The notes beneath the pieces were generated by a model. It saw only the letters and a list, made by a program, of their open reading frames with translations, was not told the DNA's origin and did not search any database. Below, in pieces: positions 39,805 to 49,093 of a stretch of DNA of 64,000 nt. Within the stretch, counting starts at the first letter, position 1; each line of letters starts with the position of its first letter. This DNA comes from a virus (Duplodnaviria; Caudoviricetes). The DNA is taken from the IMG/VR virus record IMGVR_UViG_3300005323_000042, positions 17,433 through 81,432 of that record. One strand, given 5' to 3'. Position numbers and translations under genes: made by a program.

Positions 39805-40546
39805 CCTCGAACCTCTCAAGTATCGGTTCAATCAGTTTGTTACGTACTATATCTGAACTTTTAAAGTTGTTAAAGACGCCAATGCCATCTATATCGCTAA
39901 GTTTTTTTATTGCAAAGAGAAGTCCGTTTTCTTCTTTGCCCCTTTTTCTGTCGCACTGCATCAGATCGCCTGATATGAAATATTTTGTATTCTCGCCTAT
40001 ACGTGTAAGAAATGTTTTCATCTGTCCTTTTGTGCAGTTCTGCGCTTCTTCAAAGATGACAATAGCATTGTCAATATTAAGTCCTCTCATATATGCAAGA
40101 GGAACAACCTGAAGCAGACCACGTTCTCTGAGCTTGTTTACTTTCTTTTCACCAAGAATTTTTGAGAACAGGTAGACAGTTGAATATATATATGGGGCCA
40201 TCTTTTCATCGACATCGCCAGGTAGGAATCCAAGTTCTTCTTCTGATTCGACCGCTGGAGTTAATATTATTATCTGCTTGTATGGAGAGTTTTCTTCTCC
40301 GAATAATTCAATTGCTTTCCAGACCGATAAAAAAGATTTACCCGTACCCGCAGGACCAGCGCAAAGTGTGATTTCATTTTCTGACATTAGTTCCCAGAAT
40401 TTTTTCTGAGATTCATTGCGAAACTGTATGTTAACTCTCCTTATTTTTAATGACTTTTTTAAATCATCGTTTGATATATTTACTGATAAACGTTCGTCTA
40501 TTGGCTGCATTTCTCTGGGTGCAGCATTTCTTTTAGCTTTAGCCAT
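39797..40546 (-). CDS. phoH: PhoH-like ATPase
   Basis: GPAGTGKS, LGFLPGD, PLAYMRG, EEAQN, LTRIGEN and GDLMQCD motifs. Confidence 0.9.
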   Translation of the reverse strand: MAKAKRNAAPREMQPIDERLSVNISNDDLKKSLKIRRVNIQFRNESQKKFWELMSENEITLCAGPAGTGKSFLSVWKAIELFGEENSPYKQIIILTPAVESEEELGFLPGDVDEKMAPYIYSTVYLFSKILGEKKVNKLRERGLLQVVPLAYMRGLNIDNAIVIFEEAQNCTKGQMKTFLTRIGENTKYFISGDLMQCDRKRGKEENGLLFAIKKLSDIDGIGVFNNFKSSDIVRNKLIEPILERFEDV

Positions 40547-40587
40547 TGATTGTAGTCCGAAGTTGTGAGTGGAGGGCAGTATTTTTA

Positions 40588-41346
40588 TTAATACATACCG
40601 TAGTTAAGATTCCAGGCTTCGTTGCCCAGAGTGGAGCGAACATTGAATTGAGAGGTGCGGATTGCATTTAAAGATCGGGCGCGCATTGTCATTGCTGCCT
40701 CGCTGTCCTTGAAGTGTCCACCTACATCAGGAATAGACCATCGCCTACCGATCTTTGCCATCTTTAATGGAACATCTATTGCAAATCCGCCGATTACTCC
40801 GCCGACTGCTCCGCCGACAAAACCGCCGACGCTTGAACCGATTCTATACCCTAATGATGCGCCGACTTCACGGGCCATACCGACGCCTATACCGCCAAGT
40901 CCTCTCTGCTGCATCTCCTGATTTACAGACAGCAACATAAAAGCGCTCTGAGCAGATGGTGTTGCCATCTTTGTTCCGGCTTTTGTCATTATACTTTTTT
41001 TAGTGCCATTGATCATCTGCTCTTCGTATTCAGATGCAACGACATTATGTTTCGGCCATAATATTCCATGTATAGTCTCATCCCATTCGTTTGCAAGGCG
41101 TGTTCTTCCCGGCCTGTAACCGCGGATTTCTTCTTTGAGATTATTGAATATGGATTGGCGTTTACCTTTTAGTCCGGGCTTGATTTTATGTTTGTCGTAA
41201 AAATTTCTGACAGATTCATAGTTATTATAATAGAACTTTTCTTCTCGTTTCAGAAGAGACCTGCCAAGATAATATCCACCAAGACCAAGAGCGCCATAAC
41301 CAAACATTTTCCCGTAATTGACATTATCTTCTTGTGACATATACAT
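40588..41346 (-). CDS. Gly-rich hypothetical virion protein
   Basis: Intact ORF with glycine-zipper segments. Confidence 0.65.
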   Translation of the reverse strand: MYMSQEDNVNYGKMFGYGALGLGGYYLGRSLLKREEKFYYNNYESVRNFYDKHKIKPGLKGKRQSIFNNLKEEIRGYRPGRTRLANEWDETIHGILWPKHNVVASEYEEQMINGTKKSIMTKAGTKMATPSAQSAFMLLSVNQEMQQRGLGGIGVGMAREVGASLGYRIGSSVGGFVGGAVGGVIGGFAIDVPLKMAKIGRRWSIPDVGGHFKDSEAAMTMRARSLNAIRTSQFNVRSTLGNEAWNLNYGMY

Positions 41347-41349
41347 TGT

Positions 41350-42066
41350 TTATGCCTTTCTTCCGTATGTACTGGCAATTTTTCTAAATGGTCTTGCATA
41401 GCTAAGTCCGGCCCTGCGATATACACCCATGGCGACACCGCCCATTACTGCGCCTTTAAATGCGCCGCCAAACATTGATTCTCTTTCGCTGAAAGCACCG
41501 TAACCCGCACCAATCACAGCTCCACCAATAGCACCATGACCTGCACCACGTACAAATGCACTCATATTATTCGATAATGTTGCCGGAATTTTAGAATTCA
41601 TAGCATCCTGTGCACGCCGCATGTAATATGCCGTATCTCCCATCTGATAAGTATAAACGGTATTAACAGCGGAATCAAAAGCTGAGTTTGCATAGCCGGT
41701 AGCCCTTCCCGTGCTAAAAGCTTTATTATAGTTTTTATCTGCATTGGAAAAGAAATCACCAGCCTTACTAAAGGAGTTTTTAAAGCTAAAAGACCCAAAA
41801 TTTTTACCCAGATTGAGAGTAGGACTACCAGCAGCCTTGTAAGCATTGCCTACATTCTTAAATGTCCTACCGGCTTTTAATCCTATAGCAGCACCTGCGC
41901 CGATAAGGAATCCGGTTCCCAGCGAATAATTATCGTCACCAGCTTTATTAACGGCATAAGTGCCGCCCGCACCGAGTACGCCTCCGACAATACCTTGTCT
42001 TAGAACTTTTCCGCCGATTGGCAGAAGGTCTTTCCCAAATTTTGACCAACCACTGACACTAGGCAT
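41350..42066 (-). CDS. Glycine-zipper hypothetical protein
   Basis: SD AAGGAGG and multiple GxxxG hydrophobic segments. Confidence 0.7.
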   Translation of the reverse strand: MPSVSGWSKFGKDLLPIGGKVLRQGIVGGVLGAGGTYAVNKAGDDNYSLGTGFLIGAGAAIGLKAGRTFKNVGNAYKAAGSPTLNLGKNFGSFSFKNSFSKAGDFFSNADKNYNKAFSTGRATGYANSAFDSAVNTVYTYQMGDTAYYMRRAQDAMNSKIPATLSNNMSAFVRGAGHGAIGGAVIGAGYGAFSERESMFGGAFKGAVMGGVAMGVYRRAGLSYARPFRKIASTYGRKA

Positions 42067-42081
42067 ATATGCCTCCTTACA

Positions 42082-43008
42082 TTATATTATGTTTGTTTCT
42101 GTTGTTAAATACTTTTTTATACCATTGTGTTTTAATTGAGTGTACCGATCTATTTTTAAACGTAACTAACAACTTTTCATTTGAATCACTATGCGGATCT
42201 ATTTGTTTTAATAACTCAAGTTCTTCTTGTGACCAATAATTAACTTTAGATGGAATAATAGTTTTTCTTTTACGTTCAAGGTATGTTGTGTTATTTTTGT
42301 ATAAGTAATTTTGAATAGCAATTACATTATTGATTGAATTGTATTCGAGCCTGAAATGCTTCCATTAGTTGTTATTTGTTTATGTATAATACCGACTTCT
42401 GTTGAGAGTATATAATTAAGTCTTTCAATAAACGGTTTGCTTGCAGATACAATTACAAAATGTACCCCGGTTTTAGTCCCCAAATATCCATCACCGTCAA
42501 AATATCCAAGTATAAAACTGTGCCAAAACTGTTGTGGAATTTTATCAAAAACCTGTTCACTTAATGTTTTAGTTTTATTGGGGGTAATATGTTTGTTGAT
42601 TATGTCTTCATATAGTTGGGCGCATAAAATATTAATATAACAAGCACTGTTGTTTGTTGTTATCGATTTGTTAAACAGTTTGCCAAACTTAGACAAATGA
42701 TCACAGTCCTTGATTGCCAGACGTATATTGACAGATTTTCTTTTACTATGAAGACTTCCATCGGCAGCAATAAACCCTAATCAATATGCTTTTTCATTTG
42801 TATCAATTGTAGAGAAGTAATTGTTGTTGTATCTATTTAACCTTGGCGCACCTACTCCAGTTGGTTTTAATCCATATTTCTTTAACACAGATTCTGCTAC
42901 AAACGGCGTAATATTAAGTTGTTTAGCAATGTGGTTTGCGACTGTAATTCCACTTTTATATAAAGCTATTATTTCATTATTTCTTGATATAGTATTGAGT
43001 TTTTTCAT
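42082..43008 (-). pseudogene. Free-standing LAGLIDADG homing endonuclease pseudogene
   Basis: EKAY*LGFIAADG has TGA at 42781-42783 in place of the usual Trp. The second motif is FILGYFDGDG. A 1-nt frameshift at about 42355 precedes FRLEY...NYLYKN...LERK and a Myb-like WS.EE.ELL tail. Confidence 0.85.
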
Positions 43009-43014
43009 AAATAA

Positions 43015-45693
43015 TTACATTAGATGGTGTTGGTTGTGTTGTGACCAGATTTGAAGTCCTATACCTTGTGTAGATGTCATAACCTGTTCCCGCTTCTCTT
43101 TTATTCTTCTATAACCTTCGCCGCTTGTAGGCATGCCTCTCTTTATCGTGCGAAGATACGACATCTCCTCACTGAAAATTTTCCTATTCTCGTCAAGCTG
43201 TAATGCCATCTCTTCCAATGATGGTTTGTCTTTTTCATATGCCTGGAGTGTTTCAAGACCTGCTGTTTTGGGCAAAGATGATTTATCAAGTATTCCGCGC
43301 GCAATATCGTTTTCAACTCTTGCTCTTGTGCGTTCTACTTTTGCAATGAGAGATTCGTATTGACGAGGATTATAATTGACAATAAATGTTTTCTGTTGTT
43401 TCAAATTATCACGACTGATATACTGCAGATAACCACGCTCTGTACCGGTGTTGCCAAGATAAAATTGCATCTGTGCAACATGCTGTGGTTTTGGTTTTCC
43501 TTCTCTCTGAATGGCATTAAAAATTCCGCCCGAAACAGTTTTATAATCACCTATACCTTGGGCGGTTTTTATATCCATATGACCGGAAATACCGTGCTGA
43601 TAATTAACAGTAAGAACTTCTGCATTTGATGCAGTCCCGTTTGTAAGTTCCTGTGCCTGTAAATACTGATGCAATGCAGTACCGGCCTGTGCTGATGCTG
43701 CAACGTATTCGCTTGGCTCTTTATCTTCTTCTGTCATGTACTTGTATAGATCTGCGTCTGACAATCCGATCTTTGAAGCACGGACCATCTGATAGCGGTA
43801 TATATCTTCAGCTTCATTATATGAAGGGTTAAGTTGCGGATTTGGTCCTTGATAACCTGATCCAAAATCAGTCATCTTCTTTATATTAAATTTATTAACG
43901 GAACCAGGACCAGCATTAGGATGCAACCCCTCTATGGTATTGTATGAATCATCTTTGGCAGATATTCTATTCGAAACAGGCAACAGGCCAACCAGCAATT
44001 CGCCTGCAGAATAACCACCGAATGCAGCCATTGCATATTGCATTTTATCTGAGTTTAGAATATTCTTTATTTTGAGCAGTGTTTGATTTTGTGTTTTTGC
44101 TCTTTTTAAATATGCATTTATACCAAGGATAGCAGCATCGTCTGCAAATGAGAGTGCAAAATTAACAAGACCGTTTCTTTTATCTTCCTCACCGTTTTTC
44201 TTATCAGCGTATTTTTTAGCCGCACCAACAAAAGCTCCGAGAGTAAACGCAGTATACTTACCATTCCACCCTGAACCGAAATCAGTCATAGACTGAATAT
44301 TTGTTTTGTTAACGCCTCCGCCAGGATGCAAACCTTCGATAGTATTATAAGTGTCATCTTTGGATGAGATTCTTCCGGGTGGGGGAGCGTTATATCCTGA
44401 AGACAACTCACTATATAACATAGCAGCGCCTACTATACTGGCAGTGATACCGGCAGGTTTAAGCCACTTTTTATTTCTGCTTATCCATCCAAAGCCGTCC
44501 ATTGCAGCAGACCCCGATGATCCTGCTATGGACTTAATAATTCTGTCTTCTGCTTTCTTATTTCTGTTTAATATTTCTACTTCTATATCGCCGAAACTCT
44601 GTCCAGCATTGCGCATCTGTCTTACTTCATTTTCAAACCGGTTGAACCTGGAAGTATATTCGGCATTTGTATAACCATACTTGGTTCTCTTGATGCCGCC
44701 GAATTTATTCGATGCAAACACCTCATCAAGCGTATCCATGTATATTTGTTTACCCTTGATGTTTTTCTTTTTAGTTCCGCCCGGAACAGCATATAATCTT
44801 TTTTTACCTTTCTCTTCGCGTTTAACTTTATTAAAAGCCATATCGAGAAGAGAATTGTCTACCGACTGATGTGCCCATGTAGTTTGTTGTGAAGCAATCT
44901 TTTTAAATACATCAAGCCTGTTATCGCGAAGTGTTCCCTGTGTATCAAGTTCATGCAGCGAAGATGTAAGAAAATCATATACATGTTTATTCAAAGCAAC
45001 GTCACTGGCATCATGTAACTGTTCTCCAAGTCCAAGAGCCGCACCGAAGAAATTCATCTTTGTGCCGGTTATATAATCTCCTTTGAAATCAGTAAGTATA
45101 TTCTTTTCTTCAAGAATACTAAACGCATACTGTGCAAGATCTCTGGTATCGACGACGGCAACCTTGCCGACTTTCAGTCGTTGATTTATCTTGCTGATAT
45201 AGGATCTATATCCTTCATGGTTGATTTTAGATCTGTTTAACCTGACAGCGGTTGATAGTTTGCCTTTTGTAACACCGAACGCCGCCCTTAGTTCGCTGAC
45301 GGTTTCTTCCGGAAGTTCCTGTGATATTGCTGCTAAATCAAATCCAATATTATGGCCAATTATCAGCCCGCCACCTTTAAGGTGCGGGACAATGTCAGAC
45401 ATCAGAGACTCGGAGATACTCGATGTAAACTGACTGGACTTTATGTTGTCTTTATTGAACTGGTTAAGAACTTCAGAATAACCCTGTTTGCTGTAAACAG
45501 ACCACTTGGACATATCAGGGTTACTAAGATATTTAGCATTCAGACTTCCTGACTTGGCATTATACGGCAACGAAGCATATGAATATATTCTATGCTTCTT
45601 AAGCAGACCTCCGGTTTCGGTATCAAAGAAAATACCTCTATCCTTGGCAACTGCATTTAATTCTGCTATGTTAACCGGATATGGATTATTCAT
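43015..45693 (-). CDS. Fusion of a DnaQ-like 3'-5' exonuclease, a repeated linker and a PD-(D/E)xK nuclease (892 aa)
   Basis: FFDTETGG, IGHNIGFD and LHDASD at the N-terminus. GTALHQYLQ, GHMDI, DYKT and HVAQMQFY at the C-terminus. Two copies of RIS.KDD.YNTIEGLHP...MTDFGSG. Confidence 0.75.
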   Translation of the reverse strand: MNNPYPVNIAELNAVAKDRGIFFDTETGGLLKKHRIYSYASLPYNAKSGSLNAKYLSNPDMSKWSVYSKQGYSEVLNQFNKDNIKSSQFTSSISESLMSDIVPHLKGGGLIIGHNIGFDLAAISQELPEETVSELRAAFGVTKGKLSTAVRLNRSKINHEGYRSYISKINQRLKVGKVAVVDTRDLAQYAFSILEEKNILTDFKGDYITGTKMNFFGAALGLGEQLHDASDVALNKHVYDFLTSSLHELDTQGTLRDNRLDVFKKIASQQTTWAHQSVDNSLLDMAFNKVKREEKGKKRLYAVPGGTKKKNIKGKQIYMDTLDEVFASNKFGGIKRTKYGYTNAEYTSRFNRFENEVRQMRNAGQSFGDIEVEILNRNKKAEDRIIKSIAGSSGSAAMDGFGWISRNKKWLKPAGITASIVGAAMLYSELSSGYNAPPPGRISSKDDTYNTIEGLHPGGGVNKTNIQSMTDFGSGWNGKYTAFTLGAFVGAAKKYADKKNGEEDKRNGLVNFALSFADDAAILGINAYLKRAKTQNQTLLKIKNILNSDKMQYAMAAFGGYSAGELLVGLLPVSNRISAKDDSYNTIEGLHPNAGPGSVNKFNIKKMTDFGSGYQGPNPQLNPSYNEAEDIYRYQMVRASKIGLSDADLYKYMTEEDKEPSEYVAASAQAGTALHQYLQAQELTNGTASNAEVLTVNYQHGISGHMDIKTAQGIGDYKTVSGGIFNAIQREGKPKPQHVAQMQFYLGNTGTERGYLQYISRDNLKQQKTFIVNYNPRQYESLIAKVERTRARVENDIARGILDKSSLPKTAGLETLQAYEKDKPSLEEMALQLDENRKIFSEEMSYLRTIKRGMPTSGEGYRRIKEKREQVMTSTQGIGLQIWSQHNQHHLM

Positions 45694-45695
45694 TA

Positions 45696-46055
45696 TTAGC
45701 TGTGCAGGTACATTGTCTCAAGTGAATCTGAAGTGAAAGCAAATTTTCTGCGCCCGCATGCATATTGGCTGGCATTTTTAATTATAATTATATGCTGTTT
45801 ATGTTCGTCTTCGTAGGTATCTTTTATAATAGTTATATCAATTCTACTACCGATAGGCAGTGTGTTGATGAGACTTAATTGTAACTCACCACCTATATGA
45901 TCGTTATATATGTCAAGCCGTATGGATTTGGCGCGAACCTCATTGTCATTGAACTTGACAACAATCTCACATCCTTCGTATAGAGTACATGTAGAAATAT
46001 ATTCAACTGACAGACATTGCATAGAGTTACTGATGTTTGATTTTTTTAACTTCAT
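45696..46055 (-). CDS. Hypothetical protein
   Basis: Co-oriented ORF. Confidence 0.55.
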   Translation of the reverse strand: MKLKKSNISNSMQCLSVEYISTCTLYEGCEIVVKFNDNEVRAKSIRLDIYNDHIGGELQLSLINTLPIGSRIDITIIKDTYEDEHKQHIIIIKNASQYACGRRKFAFTSDSLETMYLHS

Positions 46056-46224
46056 GAAGCAACACAGAGTTTAATGCAGGTATGAGTTTTTCAATATATT
46101 CCTGAGACAGATATCCATCCTCAACTATAAAAGTCATCACAACTTTTTTAATCTTGCCGACAGTTAAAGATGCACCATCTTCACGGTCAACTGTCACCCT
46201 GTATTTTATTTTGTCTTTCTTCAT
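46027..46224 (-). CDS. Hypothetical protein
   Basis: Co-oriented small ORF. Confidence 0.55.
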   Translation of the reverse strand: MKKDKIKYRVTVDREDGASLTVGKIKKVVMTFIVEDGYLSQEYIEKLIPALNSVLLHEVKKIKHQ

Positions 46225-46237
46225 CTTGATTTTTCAC

Positions 46238-46522
46238 TTATCCAAAAAAGCCACTCTCACACATTGAAATGATGAGGCGTTTCTTGATAATTTCTTGATT
46301 ATATATTTCTTCAGTATCCATTATATATCTAAGCAAATCATACGCTATCTGTGCATGTTCTTCGGTCTCAAAGAAACTGTTAAATAATTTGCTACTTGAT
46401 TCATAAAGAGATATGAAATTTGTTATTGTCAGCATTGCTGCCAGATGCATTTTAAATTTATATTCATCATAGCATGCCGGACGTTCCAAAACGTATTCTT
46501 TTGGAATGTTTATCTGATACAT
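46238..46522 (-). CDS. Hypothetical protein
   Basis: TAATG coupling to the upstream gene. Confidence 0.6.
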   Translation of the reverse strand: MYQINIPKEYVLERPACYDEYKFKMHLAAMLTITNFISLYESSSKLFNSFFETEEHAQIAYDLLRYIMDTEEIYNQEIIKKRLIISMCESGFFG

Positions 46523-47385
46523 TATTTCTTCCCGTCTTCCTCTTCTACATAGGGAATCTCTGTAGCGTTGGCTATAGCTTCCTTTATTTCCCTAACAAAA
46601 CTTATATAGCTTTGTGTATTTTCTTTTTCGTTGTGTTTGCTACTTTGTTTTGACTTCCTTGTCGCCATAAGCAAATCTAAAATTTTTATTCTTTTCGCTT
46701 TTATTTTATCTTTAACACCGAGAGCCCAGTGCTCAACTTCTTCTTCTATTACTTCGCCGTCAGGTGAAAACTTGGTACGAAAACCCATCAACGTTGCATT
46801 CTCAGGTTTTGCAAGAGTGTTATTCAGCCTCATCTCATAGATAATTAGCTCTGATAATTCCTGGACCAGCATAAGTTCAGTATGATTTGTCGGATCGACA
46901 TCAAGTTCTTCCATAAATCTTTTTGTGTGGAATGCCAGTAAATCATATTCAACCAGACATCTTCTGCCAATCGGCGCCTTGCCGTGCTCATAATACCAAC
47001 AATCGTTATTGAACGGGCATTTCTCTGCAGTACATATCAACGGAACCACTGAGTTGACACCTGTGGCTAAGTTCCTATATGATAAAGAAAGACTAGTTGC
47101 TTCCTCCCTGGTAAGGACTATATCCTTGTACTTTTCTCTGTTAATAGTAAGATTTTCAAAAAAACCCGTTCTTGTTAACTGTCCCTCGGTTGTAAGTGCC
47201 ATATCGTTGAGATTTACAAGTGCCACACTGCCATATTCTGAACTGTCCTGCCTGGGCAATGTCTTCTTCAGACTCTCTTCAGGATGTTCTTCATTTTCAA
47301 GATTATTCTTTTTTATAGCTTCATTAACTTTTCTTGCAAATGCGGCAAAGTCATCGTTAAATATATTATTGTCTGCTTCGTTCAT
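46522..47385 (-). CDS. Putative terminase small subunit-like protein
   Basis: Cys cluster (C...KCPF...C...APIG..C..E) followed by helical segments; near the start of the operon. The likely start is ATG 47385 (GGAAG upstream). Function is inferred. Confidence 0.4.
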   Translation of the reverse strand: MNEADNNIFNDDFAAFARKVNEAIKKNNLENEEHPEESLKKTLPRQDSSEYGSVALVNLNDMALTTEGQLTRTGFFENLTINREKYKDIVLTREEATSLSLSYRNLATGVNSVVPLICTAEKCPFNNDCWYYEHGKAPIGRRCLVEYDLLAFHTKRFMEELDVDPTNHTELMLVQELSELIIYEMRLNNTLAKPENATLMGFRTKFSPDGEVIEEEVEHWALGVKDKIKAKRIKILDLLMATRKSKQSSKHNEKENTQSYISFVREIKEAIANATEIPYVEEEDGKK

Positions 47386-47593
47386 TCTCTTCCAGTATCT
47401 GTTTAATAATGCCAATCAGCTTATCATATTCGCCAGATTCATAAAATATTGTTTCAGCCTTGCGTACATAGGCACAGGAATCCGGATTTTCGTGCTTTAA
47501 TCGTTTTATCTTGACTAGACCATAGAAAGCTTCCAGATACGAACCCTTTACGGTATCCAGTAACTTCAGTATAGATTCTGATGTGAATTTCAT
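47366..47593 (-). CDS. Hypothetical protein, first gene of the leftward operon
   Basis: Co-oriented ORF next to the divergent intergenic region. Confidence 0.55.
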   Translation of the reverse strand: MKFTSESILKLLDTVKGSYLEAFYGLVKIKRLKHENPDSCAYVRKAETIFYESGEYDKLIGIIKQILEENERSRQ

Positions 47594-47815
47594 TAAATAC
47601 TATTATCGTTAAATATGAGCAGCAATAAAAAGACAGGTAAATGTATAATCAACAGGGAATTGCGTAGAATAACGTATCATACTAGATAAGAATCAGTTAA
47701 ATCGATTATACTATGTTGTTTTTAAGAAAAGATCGAGTATAGGCTTATAATAAAGTATCGAATTGATTATCTCTTTTTTACTTATTATATTTTACCCGAG
47801 TTTAACGGGAGTTAT

Positions 47816-48613
47816 ATGAAAAGGTTACTTGTACTATCACTTATTTTTCTCAATTCGCTATTATTTTCACAGGAGCCGAAGCTCTTAATGTCAACTATTG
47901 AAGAAAGTAATTATTCTATCGATCTTCTTCATGATATAAACAATATTGTTGTTGGTTATTATGAATTCAATAAAGTGACAGGTGTACTAGAGGTTTATAA
48001 TATTAATACTCTGGAAACTATTTATTTAAAAACATTTCCATCCGGCGATTTAATCAGCGGAATTCAGTTGATAAAGATCGATAATAATGATGTTTTGGTT
48101 CTTCGCGCAACAAGAGACGGAAGTCCAAATGTAGCATATACTTCATTGATAAATATTACAACGAACAAGATTATAAAAGAATGGCTGGCTATAGATAAAA
48201 GCTATAATGGTTATTCTTGTATCACGGATGATAACAGAATATTATTGTATATGTGGATATACAGATATACTGCAAATGATGTTCTTTCTGATACTGAGAT
48301 ATATGAACTTGGCAAGGCAACAACATCAGTAGCCAAGAATAATAATCCGGATGGGTATTCTCTTAAACAGAATTATCCGAATCCTTTTAACAGTATGACA
48401 AGAATAGATTATGAAATTTCTGTGCCGGGTGAGTATATGATTAATATCTTTGACGCAACAGGTAAGACAATAGAATCTTTAAAGATCCATGCTGAGGCAG
48501 CGGGCAGTTACAGTTATATGTGGCAGGCGAAAAATCTTTCGAGCGGCGTTTATTTTTATCAATTGGAAGGAGAACAAAACAGATCAACTAAGAAGATGAT
48601 TTACTTAAAGTAA
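47816..48613 (+). CDS. Secreted protein with an N-terminal signal peptide and a T9SS type-A-like C-terminal sorting domain
   Basis: Signal peptide MKRLLVLSLIFLNSLLFSQ. CTD motif LKQNYPNPFN..T.I.Y...NLSSGVYFYQL...TKKMIYLK. Confidence 0.85.
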   Translation: MKRLLVLSLIFLNSLLFSQEPKLLMSTIEESNYSIDLLHDINNIVVGYYEFNKVTGVLEVYNINTLETIYLKTFPSGDLISGIQLIKIDNNDVLVLRATRDGSPNVAYTSLINITTNKIIKEWLAIDKSYNGYSCITDDNRILLYMWIYRYTANDVLSDTEIYELGKATTSVAKNNNPDGYSLKQNYPNPFNSMTRIDYEISVPGEYMINIFDATGKTIESLKIHAEAAGSYSYMWQAKNLSSGVYFYQLEGEQNRSTKKMIYLK

Positions 48614-48809
48614 TTATTGAACTTTATAAGTTGCATCGAGGCGTAAGCTAAAAGACAGGAGTTTTCAATTTGGCTTCGAATAAAACTAAGGGCGAGACAA
48701 CATGCCACGCTAACAGATTGTGATACCCCCCATCACGATCTTATTCCCCCGCGAAGTCTGATTGTTATTTTTCCTCTTGTGAAATTCGATGGCTTAAAAC
48801 TATAGAGAA

Positions 48810-48852
48810 AAGCTGAATGCGTTCGTTAACCTTAGACGTGTTCGGCTTTTTT
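48810..48852 (+). terminator. Rho-independent terminator
   Basis: 13-bp stem AAGCTGAATGCGT/ACGTGTTCGGCTT with G-U pairs, followed by a T run. Confidence 0.7.
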
Positions 48853-48879
48853 ATTGACAATTAACAGGAAGTTGACAAT

Positions 48880-49080
48880 ATGAAACTAATTTCTCTTGAT
48901 ACGACTGAATATGAAGTCACGAATCCTTATCTGCTCATCAGTGGATGTAACATTATAGATTGTTTTCCTACACGTTTGGCTGCCGTAAGATTTGCCGAGA
49001 AGGATGGGATAAAAGAATATACTCTTTATACACGCAAACAGTATAAAAAGTATTTGCAGAAAATAAAAAGCCCGGTATAG
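48880..49080 (+). CDS. Hypothetical protein (66 aa)
   Basis: SD AGGA and a plausible protein sequence. Confidence 0.6.
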   Translation: MKLISLDTTEYEVTNPYLLISGCNIIDCFPTRLAAVRFAEKDGIKEYTLYTRKQYKKYLQKIKSPV

Positions 49081-49088
49081 TCCGGGCT
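49065..49088 (-). terminator. Terminator between convergent genes
   Basis: AGCCCGG-N6-CCGGGCT with a T run on the minus strand. Confidence 0.65.
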
Positions 49089-49093
49089 CATAC

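Noticed and set aside
43330-43720. Cas4 / CRISPR adaptation gene
   Set aside because: It has PD-(D/E)xK motifs but lacks the four Fe-S cysteines, and there is no CRISPR context.
619-47500. Numerous short + strand ORFs in the ORF track overlapping the structural genes
   Set aside because: They are antisense shadows of long minus-strand genes, with no RBS or recognisable motifs.
21526-47711. Shared 13-mer GTATAATCGATTT at 21526 (+) and 47699-47711 (-) as a late promoter
   Set aside because: Only two copies, in opposite orientation relative to the operon, with no -35. An AT-rich 13-mer pair is plausible by chance.
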